Counted from the first letter of the stretch, positions 26,994 through 36,948 are shown. The stretch is DNA of 64,000 nucleotides from Planctomycetota bacterium (GCA_044225365.1 JBGAIQ010000001.1:320001-384000), one strand, 5' to 3'. Notes: a model not told the origin generated them from the letters alone. Made by a program: numbers and translations.

Positions 26994-29435
26994 TTACGGC
27001 AGGAGCGCGATCTGGATCGCGTTGCTGATGCCGTAGCCGTGCGCCTGCGTCGGATCGACGTAGACGATCTGCGTGTAGATCGAGAGCGGACCTCCGCCGC
27101 CGGGAACTCCTGGAATGGAGAGACTGCCGGTGGAGTCCGTCGGCAACGAGATCAGCACCGCGGTGGGGATCGGGAGGAGAGTGCCTCCGGCGAACGGTGT
27201 CGGATGGCTCGTCGTCGCGGCCAGGATGAACGCGAGTTGGGACGGAGCGGCGCCGGTGAGCTTCAACGTGGCGTTCGTCCCGAGCGAGAGATTGCCGCCA
27301 CATATCGACAGCACGCTCGGACCGGGGCCACCGAAACCGAGGCTCGCCTGGCAGGTCGTGACCGCCGGCAGTCCGCGATCGGTGACCGTGATCGTCACGG
27401 TGTCGCTGCTCGTTTGATTGCTCGAATCGCGGCCGGTGAGCGTGATCACATGCGTGCCCACGGAGAGCGAGGCCGTCGAAGTGAGTCGGCCGTGACCGAT
27501 CACGCCGTCGATGTTCGAGGTCCATTCGAGGCTGTCGCCGTCGAGCTTGCGGTCCTCGATGTCGAAACCCGAGCCGTGGAGGATCTCGTTGGCGCCCTTC
27601 CAGTGCTGCGTGCCGGCGTCGGGAGTGAGGATGTAGACCCACGGAGCGTTGCCGGTGGCGGCTTGGGGCAGGAGTGCCGCGAGCGCAGTGTCGGACTCGA
27701 CTGCGGTCGTGCGCAGGCCGTCGCTCGCGAGGAGGAGGAAGCGGGCGTCCGACTTGGGCGCGGGGAGCTTGCCGAGGTCGACGTCGAATTGCGTCGCCGC
27801 GAGGTTCGTCGCAACCGGGATCGCGCGCCCCTTCGTCGGCGAATAGACGACGTAGTAACGCAGTGAGTCGCCATCGGCGTCGCTCGCGGTCCACGTGAGA
27901 TGAACCATCCCAGACGTCGAGCCGGGCGCGATCGCGGCGAATGCGACCATGGGGGCCGTGGCCGAGCGAGACAGCGAGGTGGTCATGCCGGCGCGACCAT
28001 TCTCGATGCGCGCGATCTCGACTCGATCGATCGGCGATCCGTTCGGATCGAGCGCGGGGATCACGGCGCTGAACGCGGCGTGCGGATCGAATTTCGTCGA
28101 ATCCGATCCGCCGCCGCAGGCCGCGCAGCCGTCGAGCGACGTCGCTGCGCCGACGAAGACCTCGGTCACCAAACGGTCGTTCACGAAGCTGCGGACCCGG
28201 ACGTCGGCGACGCTCGGATCGATCGACGGCGAGAGTTCGCCGGTCGTCACGGTGAGTGCCTGCGACACCTCGACGGTTCCGGCGTCTCGATCGCAGAAGC
28301 CCGTCACCATGAACGTCGGATCCGACTGCGCGCTCTTCAGTCCGGAGCACGCGAGGTACGAGTGCCCGTAGAACCAGGAGTAGGTCGAGGGAGCGACCCA
28401 CGCTTCGGGCGTGAGGAGCCCGGCGTACATGATGTCCTTCAGCGTGCTGTCCTTGATCGTCAGCAGATTGTTCGGAACGAGCAGCTCGTCCTCGACGTCG
28501 ACGCCGAAATAACCGACCGTGACCGTGTTGTGCTGCAGTCCGAAGTCGTGACCGAGTTCGTGGGCGAGCGTTCGCTGGTAACGCGTCGGTTCGGTGTTGC
28601 CCATCGCCACATGGCCGTTGATGATCGACTGGCCGTTGTACGGCAAGCCACCGGGGACGAAGGCGTAGAGGAAGTCGGGCTTCGGTACCATGAGCTGCAG
28701 ATCGACGTCGAGCGCCGAGAGTAGGCCCGAACCCGAACCGTCGAGCGAAGACGTCCAGAGCTTGCTCGGCGCATCCGTGCGGTGGTAGTCGAGGTCGCGC
28801 GTCGGATAGATGCCCTGGAAGAACGTGTCGCCCATCCCCGGCTCGATGAGGGTCGGATTCGGCAGGTTCGGGACACTGCCGCCATTCGGGCGATAGTCGA
28901 GCGGGACGTAGGCGAACTCGGGGACCTTTCGGCACGCGAACGAATAGGCCGGCGAGGACTTCACGTTGTTCGTGACGTCGGTCTCGGGGTAGAAGTTCGG
29001 GCCCGGGGGATTCAGTTCGACCGACACGACGACGTTCGACGCGGTGGGCGGCAGGAACGTGAAATTCAAGGTGTCGTTCTCGAGACCCGGGTTCACCGAA
29101 GTCTTCACGACGATGGGGCCGTTCTTCGAGAAGAACGGCGAGCCCGCGATCTCCTGCCCATTCGTGAAGACCCGCATGATCCCGTCGACCAGCACCGTTC
29201 CGGTCGGCGTGCCCGAGTACTTCACCGTCGTTCGAACGAAGGTCGATCGACCGCCGACGAAGATCCCGGAGCCATCCTGGATCGCTTGATTCACTTCCAC
29301 GCGGGCGATCGACAGATCGATCGTCGGTGCTTGGCCGAAGGCTTGGCTCGCTGCGCTGAGCAGAAGGGCTGCGGTGAGCGACCGCGCCAGGTCGGCGCGA
29401 CGGTGGGTGGGAGAACGAAGGAGAGAGGCGCGCAT
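26994..29435 (-). CDS. Secreted metzincin-type zinc metallopeptidase-domain protein with Ig-like and C-terminal beta domains
   Basis: Signal peptide; HELGHDFGLQH (28530-28562) and Met-turn DIMY. Confidence 0.8.
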   Translation of the reverse strand: MRASLLRSPTHRRADLARSLTAALLLSAASQAFGQAPTIDLSIARVEVNQAIQDGSGIFVGGRSTFVRTTVKYSGTPTGTVLVDGIMRVFTNGQEIAGSPFFSKNGPIVVKTSVNPGLENDTLNFTFLPPTASNVVVSVELNPPGPNFYPETDVTNNVKSSPAYSFACRKVPEFAYVPLDYRPNGGSVPNLPNPTLIEPGMGDTFFQGIYPTRDLDYHRTDAPSKLWTSSLDGSGSGLLSALDVDLQLMVPKPDFLYAFVPGGLPYNGQSIINGHVAMGNTEPTRYQRTLAHELGHDFGLQHNTVTVGYFGVDVEDELLVPNNLLTIKDSTLKDIMYAGLLTPEAWVAPSTYSWFYGHSYLACSGLKSAQSDPTFMVTGFCDRDAGTVEVSQALTVTTGELSPSIDPSVADVRVRSFVNDRLVTEVFVGAATSLDGCAACGGGSDSTKFDPHAAFSAVIPALDPNGSPIDRVEIARIENGRAGMTTSLSRSATAPMVAFAAIAPGSTSGMVHLTWTASDADGDSLRYYVVYSPTKGRAIPVATNLAATQFDVDLGKLPAPKSDARFLLLASDGLRTTAVESDTALAALLPQAATGNAPWVYILTPDAGTQHWKGANEILHGSGFDIEDRKLDGDSLEWTSNIDGVIGHGRLTSTASLSVGTHVITLTGRDSSNQTSSDTVTITVTDRGLPAVTTCQASLGFGGPGPSVLSICGGNLSLGTNATLKLTGAAPSQLAFILAATTSHPTPFAGGTLLPIPTAVLISLPTDSTGSLSIPGVPGGGGPLSIYTQIVYVDPTQAHGYGISNAIQIALLP

Positions 29436-29561
29436 CGAGGAACTCCGGGAGGTGCAGGGTGGGTCGTGTGGAGATGGCGCAGGCGGGCGCTCATCCTACC
29501 GTCCTCCGCGAGTCTCGACAGGCTTCGATCGGTTGGCCGCCCTGGTAATCTCGCCGCCCTC

Positions 29562-31334
29562 ATGAGTTCCGTGCTGCTCGTCCTCGGGAGTCCTCCCGCA
29601 CGTGCGCTGCTCGCGGACGCGTTGGCGCGCGTCGCGACCGGCCGCGGGCGCGCGGCGCGCTTCGCGAACGACTTCCTCGAGATCGCGTTTGATCTCGAGG
29701 CGCATGATGACGCGTTCGAAGCGACCGAGCGTTCGTGCGTCGTGCAGCTCGGCGTCGCCGTTTCGCCACCCGGCGCGTCGGCGCCGCGCGAAGGTCGCTT
29801 CGTCCGAATCGAAGCCGACGCTGCCGGAAATGCGACGATCGAGACCGACGCGCTCGGAATGTTCCCGCTCTACGGTTGCGAACTCGAGAGCGATCACGGG
29901 CCGATCACCGTCGTGACGAGCCATCTCTCGATCGTCCGCCGCCCCGACGAGAGAGCGAGCGATCCGGTCGGAATCGCGTCGTTCCTCGCTCTCGGTTGGC
30001 CGCTCGCGCACCGGACGCTCGATCGACGGTTCCATGTCCTGCCCGCGGGGATCACGCGGTTCACCGCGGGTCGGAGGGGCGCGATAGCCTTCGGACTCGA
30101 CAGCGCTCGATCGCTGCTGCCATCGCGTCGGGAGCGCGAGCCGACGCGCGAACTCGCGAGGCGCACGCTGGACGAGTTGAGCGCGCTCGCGCGCATGCGC
30201 TACGCGACGCGGCCGGACACCGTCGTGCAATTGACCGGCGGACAGGATTCGCGACTCGTGCTCGCGGTCTGCATTGCGGCGGGCTTCCGCCCCGAATGCG
30301 TCACCCGAGGAGATTCGAACGATCCCGAGGTGCGAATCGCGAGCGCGGTCGCGCGACGAGTGGGAAGTCCGCATCGGGTGCTCGCGGAGGAAGATTGCAC
30401 TCTCGACTGGCGGGAGCGCGCGCGGGAATTGCTCGCGCGGACCGACGGGATGGTGAGTCTCTGGCAGCTCGCCGACGTGCGCGTGCGAGGAGACGATCGG
30501 CCTCGTGGTCTTTCCAATCCGTCCAATCCCTCCAATCCCTCCAATCCTTCCAATCCTTCCAATCCTTCCATGCTCGGCGGAATCGGCGGGGAGACCGCGC
30601 GGCGCTACTATCGACAGGCGTCGACCCTCGATGCTCGCGCGAGTGGGGCGGAGATCGTCTCGCGGCTCCACCGACGCCTCGCGAAGAACCCGGGGGAACT
30701 CATCGCTCTGGACGTCTTCAGAATCTTCGAGTCGGCGCTCCGCGAACGTCTCCTGGAATTCGTCGAGCCGCTCGTCGATCCTCGCGACCTGCCGGACGTG
30801 TTCTACGCGTTCGAGCGCGTGAGGCGCTGGGGCGGCAACAACGCGCGGAAGATCGATCCGGCCGCGACCACGTTGCCCTTACTCGCGACCGCGACGTTCA
30901 CTCGGTCCGCCCTCGCCCTCGATCCGAACGCGAGGCTCGAGAGCGCGCTCCATCGCGAGATGCTGTTCGCTGCCCACCGGTCGCTCGCGGAGCTTCCCCT
31001 GCTCGGTTCGGACTGGGGTTCGGATCGGTACCGTGGTCGATCGAAGCTCGGGCGCGCGATCGCGCGCTGGCGCGATCGCGAACTGGCGCGAGTCGCCGCC
31101 GCGGGGACCGCGACGACGATCGAGAGCGGCCGAGATCGCTTGATGGCCTCCCTCGTCCGCGAACTCGCTCCGCGGATCCTCGATTCGCCGAGTTCGTGGT
31201 TCTTCGAGATCGTCGATCGGGGTGCGTTCGAACGCGAACTCCGGCGCGGGGATTCGCGCTCGCGAGACGCTGCCTCGCAAGCCCTCGTCGCGGCGCTCAC
31301 GGTCTGGCTCGCGGTCGAGGGATCGTCGCCGTGA
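29562..31334 (+). CDS. Asparagine synthase-related protein lacking the N-terminal catalytic Cys
   Basis: TDALGMFPLY, LTGGQDSR PP-loop, GGIGGE; start ATG 29562 (MSSVLL); the ORF-track extension to 28782 overlaps an opposite-strand gene. Confidence 0.78.
   Translation: MSSVLLVLGSPPARALLADALARVATGRGRAARFANDFLEIAFDLEAHDDAFEATERSCVVQLGVAVSPPGASAPREGRFVRIEADAAGNATIETDALGMFPLYGCELESDHGPITVVTSHLSIVRRPDERASDPVGIASFLALGWPLAHRTLDRRFHVLPAGITRFTAGRRGAIAFGLDSARSLLPSRREREPTRELARRTLDELSALARMRYATRPDTVVQLTGGQDSRLVLAVCIAAGFRPECVTRGDSNDPEVRIASAVARRVGSPHRVLAEEDCTLDWRERARELLARTDGMVSLWQLADVRVRGDDRPRGLSNPSNPSNPSNPSNPSNPSMLGGIGGETARRYYRQASTLDARASGAEIVSRLHRRLAKNPGELIALDVFRIFESALRERLLEFVEPLVDPRDLPDVFYAFERVRRWGGNNARKIDPAATTLPLLATATFTRSALALDPNARLESALHREMLFAAHRSLAELPLLGSDWGSDRYRGRSKLGRAIARWRDRELARVAAAGTATTIESGRDRLMASLVRELAPRILDSPSSWFFEIVDRGAFERELRRGDSRSRDAASQALVAALTVWLAVEGSSP
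30513..30569 (+). repeat. 9-bp tandem repeat TCCAATCCN x6.3 encoding (SNP)6
   Basis: tccaatccg tccaatccc tccaatccc tccaatcct tccaatcct tccaatcct tcc. Confidence 0.93.
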
Positions 31335-31439
31335 AGCGAGGGAGGCGGTCGTTCGAAGCGTCGTCGTACTCGACTTTCCGGCGAGACGGGTAGGATCCCG
31401 CTTCCTCGTCGAACCGAGTTCAGCAGGAGCAGTGCGCGC

Positions 31440-33320
31440 GTGTGCGGGATCGCCGGGTTGTTCGAACATCGAGGGGCTGCGGTCCCGGATCCCAGCTCGC
31501 TCCGCGCGGTGGCGGATCGACTGGCGCATCGCGGGCCGGATGGCCGAGGCCAGTTCGTCGCTCCGGGGATCGGACTCGTCCATACCCGTCTCTCGTTGCT
31601 CGATCCCAATCCGCGCAGCAACCAGCCGTTTCCCGTTGCCTCGGGGACCGGCGACGCCCGCACGAGTGTCCTCGTCTACAACGGCGAGATCTACAACTTC
31701 CGTGAACTGCGCAAGGAGCTCGAAGGGCTGGGAGTGCACTTCCGGACGACGAGCGACACCGAAGTCCTCTTCGAGATGCTTTCGCGCTTCGGCGTGGCGA
31801 GCACTCTGCCGCGACTCGAGGGCATGTTCGCGTTCGCATACTACGACCCGGTTCGCGATACGCTGACGATCGCTCGCGATCGATTCGGCATCAAGCCGTT
31901 GTTCTTCATCGAGACGGCGGATCGCTTCGCGTTCGCATCGGAAGTCGCCGCGCTCGAACCCCTCTTGGTACGCGAGCCCGACCCGCTTGCGATCACGGCG
32001 TATCTCCAGGGCTACGAGCATCCGGCCCGCGGCGCTCTACCCCTGCGCGGAGTGCGTTTCGTCGCGCCTGGCACGAGTCTCGAGATCGGGCGCGGACGAC
32101 GAAGCGTGGAGAGCACGTTCTCGCAACTCACCGCGAACTTCGATCGCGAGCAAGCGGACGAGCTCGAGCGAACTCGCGACTCCGAACTCGTCGATCGCGT
32201 CGACGCGATGTTGAACGAGAGCGTCGAGAGCCAGTTGTTCGCGGATGCACCCGTCGGGGCCTTCTGCAGTGGCGGCGTCGACTCCTCCCTGCTGCTCGCG
32301 ATCGCGAAGCGCCATCGCAAGGACTTCCAGATCTTCCACGCCAACGTCGTCGGTCGCGGCAGTGAGCTCGACGCCGCGACGGCGCTCTCTCGTCATCTCG
32401 GACTCGAATTGAAGAAGGTCGACGTGGTCGCACAGGACTTCGTCGATCTCATGCCGGACGTGATCCGTCACTACGGATTCCCCTACTCGGGACATCCCAA
32501 CTCGATTCCATTCCTGCGCGTGTCCCAACTCGTGCGCGAGAATGGAGTGAAGGGGGTTCTTTCGGGCGAAGGCTCCGACGAGTGCTACCTCGGATACGAG
32601 TGGATGCGGCCGGGGCTGCGCGAGACGATCGCGGCGCAAATGCCGTTCGCACGTTCTTCGAGCGGCCCACGAAATGCACGCCGCGAGTCTTCATCGCGGA
32701 GTCGGGCGCAGGACCTCGTCGAGGGGATCCCTTCGCGTTTCGAGCACGAGCTGACGTTCGAGCCCCTGCGCGAGTGGGTCGCGCAGTCCGACGGGCTGCG
32801 CGACAGCGCCCGCAAGACGATGCGTCATCTCGCGCATCACCTGCTCACGCTGCTGCATCGCAACGACTGTCTCGGTATGGCGGCATCGGTGGAAGCGCGT
32901 TTTCCCTTCCTCGACAGTCGACTCGTTCGATTCGCCGTCAACCTTCCCGCGCGTTGCAAGCTGCGTTGGTCCCCGCGATTCGGAGGCGAGGGTCTGCTGC
33001 GCCATGTCGACAAGTGGATCGTCCGAGAAGTGGCGAAGCGCTACCTCCCGAAAGAACTCCACGCGCGACCGAAACGGGGCTTCCAGGTCCACGCCTATCA
33101 TCGCACGAAGATCGAAACCGATTGGCTCGTCCGCTCGGCGGCGATGGACGTCCTCGGCATGGATTCCCGCGAAGCGAGTTTCCTGCTCGAACGAGCGCCG
33201 CGCCCGCTGCTCCTGAAGCTCGTTCAGGTCGAGGTCTGGGTGCGCCTCTTCCTACAGGGTGAGTCCTGTGCGAACGTACAGGCGGTCTTGCGGCAGCACT
33301 TGAAGGTCGAAGCGGAGTGA
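31440..33320 (+). CDS. asnB: Asparagine synthase (glutamine-hydrolysing) family amidotransferase
   Basis: MCGIAG, HRGPD, NGEIYN, SDTEV, RDRFGIKPL, SGGVDSS, SGEGSDE, EARFPFLD; GTG start. Confidence 0.93.
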   Translation: MCGIAGLFEHRGAAVPDPSSLRAVADRLAHRGPDGRGQFVAPGIGLVHTRLSLLDPNPRSNQPFPVASGTGDARTSVLVYNGEIYNFRELRKELEGLGVHFRTTSDTEVLFEMLSRFGVASTLPRLEGMFAFAYYDPVRDTLTIARDRFGIKPLFFIETADRFAFASEVAALEPLLVREPDPLAITAYLQGYEHPARGALPLRGVRFVAPGTSLEIGRGRRSVESTFSQLTANFDREQADELERTRDSELVDRVDAMLNESVESQLFADAPVGAFCSGGVDSSLLLAIAKRHRKDFQIFHANVVGRGSELDAATALSRHLGLELKKVDVVAQDFVDLMPDVIRHYGFPYSGHPNSIPFLRVSQLVRENGVKGVLSGEGSDECYLGYEWMRPGLRETIAAQMPFARSSSGPRNARRESSSRSRAQDLVEGIPSRFEHELTFEPLREWVAQSDGLRDSARKTMRHLAHHLLTLLHRNDCLGMAASVEARFPFLDSRLVRFAVNLPARCKLRWSPRFGGEGLLRHVDKWIVREVAKRYLPKELHARPKRGFQVHAYHRTKIETDWLVRSAAMDVLGMDSREASFLLERAPRPLLLKLVQVEVWVRLFLQGESCANVQAVLRQHLKVEAE

Positions 33321-33331
33321 GTGGATCCCCG

Positions 33332-34036
33332 ATGAAGCACGACGACATCAAGAGTCTGTTGAAGGCGAGCCTCGAGGATCACGCGTTGTCGCGCGGTGAG
33401 AGCAAGACGCTGAAGGCGCTGCTCGACGACGCGAAGGCATCGGTCGGCGATCGGCGCGCTCTCGTTTCGCATGCGTTCGGGCTCGCCTCTGCGGATTCCG
33501 CGAATTCCGGGTCGCTCCCGGTCCTCGCCTGGCTCGAGAGCGTTTGCGTCGCGATGGTCGCCGAGGGGCGAGTCGAGTCGTCGGCGCGGAGCATGGCAGA
33601 AGTTCACTTCTCTCCGGGCGATGGTTGTCGGCGACGGATCGAAGCGCTGTTCGATGCCGCAAGGATTTCGGTCGACGTCTGCGTCTTCACGATCACCGAC
33701 GATCGAATCACCGACACGATCCTGAAGGCAAGGCGCCGTGGCGTCGTCGTTCGAGTGGTCTCCGACAACGAGAAGGGGCTCGACCCGGGCTCGGATCTGG
33801 AGCGCCTGCGGGACGGCGGGGTGGGCGTCGCGGTCGACGATTCGCCGCACCACATGCACCACAAGTTCGCTGTGTTCGACGGCAGGATCGTGCTCGCAGG
33901 GAGCTACAACTGGACGCGTTCCGCGGCGGACTGCAACGAGGAAGACCTCGTCGTCAGTGACGACTCGCGCTTCGTTGCGGCGTTCCGATCGGAGTTCGAT
34001 CGATTGTGGAATCGCTTCGCCAAGACCGCGAGTTGA
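33332..34036 (+). CDS. Phospholipase D-family protein with single HKD motif (Nuc/Zucchini-like nuclease)
   Basis: FSPG, CVFTITDD, HMHHKFAVFDG...GSYNWT...NEE; alternative GTG start 33317 overlapping the asnB stop. Confidence 0.88.
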   Translation: MKHDDIKSLLKASLEDHALSRGESKTLKALLDDAKASVGDRRALVSHAFGLASADSANSGSLPVLAWLESVCVAMVAEGRVESSARSMAEVHFSPGDGCRRRIEALFDAARISVDVCVFTITDDRITDTILKARRRGVVVRVVSDNEKGLDPGSDLERLRDGGVGVAVDDSPHHMHHKFAVFDGRIVLAGSYNWTRSAADCNEEDLVVSDDSRFVAAFRSEFDRLWNRFAKTAS

Positions 34037-34123
34037 AGCGTCCTACACTCCGCGGCTTTACTTCATGTCCCCTGCGCGGTCGAATGGATTGCGAATCGTT
34101 CGTCCGGGTCCTTGGAGATACGT

Positions 34124-34714
34124 ATGTCGAATGCTCTCGTTCGTCTCCTGCGTAGCGCGTTCGTCGCGCTCCTCAGTCTCCCCGGTTGTTCCTACTTCTT
34201 CGAGAGCAAGACCACGAAGGACGGCGCGATGCAAGACCAATCGATTCATTCGATCGAGTACACCACGCTCGAGGGGAAGAAGGCTTCGTTCCAGGACTAC
34301 AAGGGCAAGGTCGTCCTCGTCGTCAACGTCGCGAGCGAGTGCGGATTCACGCCTCAATACGAGGGACTCGAGAAGCTCTACGAAGAGCTCTCGCCGAAGG
34401 GCTTCGTCGTGATCGGCTTCCCGAGCAATGAATTCGGAGGCCAGGAGCCCGGAGACGCCGCGCAGATCCAGACGTTTTGCAGTACGAAGTACGGCGTGAA
34501 GTTCCCGCTCGCCGCGAAGATCGAGACCAAGGTCGGTCCGACGCAGTCGCCGGTCTACAAGTTCCTCGGCGGGGCAACGGGTTCGCTTCCGAAGTGGAAC
34601 TTCGGGAAGTACCTGATCGGGAAGGATGGCAAGGTCGTCGCCTTCTACGCGAGCAACGTGACCCCGGAGAGCGCAGAGTTGCGCAAGGCGATCGACATCG
34701 CGCTCGGGGCGTGA
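34124..34714 (+). CDS. Glutathione peroxidase family protein, probable lipoprotein
   Basis: NVASECG, GFPSNEFGGQEPG, WNFGKYL; N-terminal ALLSLPG-C lipobox-like sequence. Confidence 0.92.
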   Translation: MSNALVRLLRSAFVALLSLPGCSYFFESKTTKDGAMQDQSIHSIEYTTLEGKKASFQDYKGKVVLVVNVASECGFTPQYEGLEKLYEELSPKGFVVIGFPSNEFGGQEPGDAAQIQTFCSTKYGVKFPLAAKIETKVGPTQSPVYKFLGGATGSLPKWNFGKYLIGKDGKVVAFYASNVTPESAELRKAIDIALGA

Positions 34715-34962
34715 GCTCGCTCTGACGAAGAGTCCACGCCGCGGCGTCGGTCACAGGCCGGGAAGGATCGCAAGGACGCACGAGGCTCGGCAAGCGCCGA
34801 GGTTTCGTGGTTGAACCATTCGCGTGCTAGATTTCAGGCTCATCGACCGCTTATCTTTCGCGTCGGTCGGAATGCTTGGGTGCCGCAAGAATCGGCGGGA
34901 ATCAACTGCGCTCTCGTTGGCGAGCGTTCCCGCGACCCTACCGCGACTCGTTCGGGGCAACG

Positions 34963-36948
34963 ATGGAATCCGAAGACACACCGTCGTCTCCTCGCCCTGC
35001 CGGGCGATCGACGCGGGGCAACGACAAACGAACGGAAAGAACCGTGGAACAGCGTCTGCGGGCTGCGGTGGAGTCGTCCCTCACGGGGATCCTGATGATC
35101 GACTCCGACGGGCACATCGTGCTCGTGAACCGCGAGGTGGAGCGGCTCTTCGGTTACTCCCGCGAGGAGTTGCTCGGCCGCTCGGTCGAACTGCTCGTGC
35201 CGGAACGCTTCCGGGCGATCCACGTGGAGCAACGCGCGCAGTTCCTCGCCCATCCCCGGATGCGAGCGATGGGAGCCGGTCGCGATCTCTTCGGGATCTC
35301 GAAGTCCGGGGTGGAGGTTCCCGTCGAGATCGGGCTCGCTCCGATCGTCACCGAAGAAGGACTCTTCGTCCTCGCATCGATCGTCGACGTTCGATCGCGT
35401 CGGCGTGCGGAGGAACGCTTCCGTATCGCGGTCGAGTCGTCGCCGAACGGCATGGTGATGATCGATCGCGAAGGAAGAATCGTCCTGGTGAATCGTGAGT
35501 TCGAGCGGATGTTCGGCTACTCGCGGGACGAACTGCTGGGGTCGATGATCGAGATGTTGGTGCCCGAGCGCTTCCGCGCTCGCCATCCATTGCACCGCCT
35601 GACCTACTTCGAGGAGCCGACCGAGCGGGCGATGGGCGCCGGGCGCGACCTGTTCGGAGTCCGCAAGGACGGCAGTGAGATCCCCGTCGAGATCGGTCTG
35701 AATCCCATCGAAACCGATGATGGTGTATTCGTCCTCGGATCGATCGTCGACATCAGCTCCCGCAAGAGTGCGGAGGCCGAACACAGGCGGCTCGAGAGTC
35801 AGCTGAGGCATTCGCAGAAGATGGAAGCGATCGGCACGCTCGCGGGCGGGATCGCCCACGACTTCAACAACGTGCTGAGTGCCATCGTCGGTTACGCCGA
35901 GATGATCGGCGAGGAGGTGCCCGCCGGTTCCCGCGCAGCCTCCGATCTCGCCGTATTGCTGAAGGCAGCGGAGCGAGGTCGCCAGTTGATCGCGCGGATC
36001 CTCACCTTCAGCCGGCGACAGGGGACTGTTCGCAAACCGGTCGCGTTGGGCGGCGCCATCCGCGATGCAGTCGATCTCCTTCGCGCGACGATCCCGACTT
36101 CGATCCAACTGCGAGTCACGATCGATCCCTCGACGCCTCGTGTCCTCGCCGACTCGACGTCGCTGCACCAGATCGTGATGAATCTCGCAACGAATTCGGC
36201 GCATGCGATGCCGAAGGGCGGCAGCGTCGACATCCAGGTCGAACCGTTCTACGTGCGCGACAGCATGGTTCGCCTGCATCCCGAACTCCACGAGGGTTGG
36301 TACGGGCGACTCTCGGTGCGGGACGACGGTCAGGGGATGGACCGCACGATCCTGGATCGCGCGTTCGAACCCTTCTTCACGACGAAGTCGACCGGGATGG
36401 GAAGCGGACTCGGTCTCACGATGGTCCTTGCGATCATGCGCGATCACGACGGCCTCGTCGAAGTGGAGAGCGAGGTCGGCCGTGGCACCCACGTGACTTG
36501 CCTGTTCCCCGCGCTCGATACCGAGAGCGACGACGTGGGCGTGAAGGAGAACTCGCTCGTTCCCGGGCGTGGGGAACTCGTGCTGTTCGTCGACGACGAA
36601 CCCGATATCGCTCGCCTCGGCGAGCGTCGGCTCGCGAGCCTCGGCTACCGAGTCGTGGTTTGCGAAGACGCCGTCGAGGCGCTGCGACTCTTCCAGGAAC
36701 GTCGGGACGAATTCGCTCTCGTCATCACCGACTACACGATGCCGAAGATGACCGGCACCGAGTTCGCCACCGCGATCCGGGAACTCCGCAAGGACTTGCC
36801 GATCATGCTGCTCACGGGCTTCGTCGATGGTCTCGATGCGGACGCGATTCGACGGGCGGGCATCGTGCACGTGCTGTCGAAGCCGATCACGATCAGCGCT
36901 CTTGCCAGGACCGTTCGCGATGTCCTGGACGCGGAGAAGCTCGCCTGA
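34963..36948 (+). CDS. Hybrid sensor kinase PAS-PAS-HisKA-HATPase-REC
   Basis: Two near-duplicate PAS/PAC domains, AGGIAHDFNN, FEPFFTTK, REC FVDDE...TDYTMP; start uncertain. Confidence 0.92.
   Translation: MESEDTPSSPRPAGRSTRGNDKRTERTVEQRLRAAVESSLTGILMIDSDGHIVLVNREVERLFGYSREELLGRSVELLVPERFRAIHVEQRAQFLAHPRMRAMGAGRDLFGISKSGVEVPVEIGLAPIVTEEGLFVLASIVDVRSRRRAEERFRIAVESSPNGMVMIDREGRIVLVNREFERMFGYSRDELLGSMIEMLVPERFRARHPLHRLTYFEEPTERAMGAGRDLFGVRKDGSEIPVEIGLNPIETDDGVFVLGSIVDISSRKSAEAEHRRLESQLRHSQKMEAIGTLAGGIAHDFNNVLSAIVGYAEMIGEEVPAGSRAASDLAVLLKAAERGRQLIARILTFSRRQGTVRKPVALGGAIRDAVDLLRATIPTSIQLRVTIDPSTPRVLADSTSLHQIVMNLATNSAHAMPKGGSVDIQVEPFYVRDSMVRLHPELHEGWYGRLSVRDDGQGMDRTILDRAFEPFFTTKSTGMGSGLGLTMVLAIMRDHDGLVEVESEVGRGTHVTCLFPALDTESDDVGVKENSLVPGRGELVLFVDDEPDIARLGERRLASLGYRVVVCEDAVEALRLFQERRDEFALVITDYTMPKMTGTEFATAIRELRKDLPIMLLTGFVDGLDADAIRRAGIVHVLSKPITISALARTVRDVLDAEKLA

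Noticed and set aside
28782-29561. N-terminal extension of the asnB-like ORF
   Set aside because: Overlaps the opposite-strand metallopeptidase gene; shadow frame.
29562-33320. Lasso peptide cluster (AsnB-like cyclase)
   Set aside because: No precursor peptide, RRE/B1 or transglutaminase-like B2 gene nearby.
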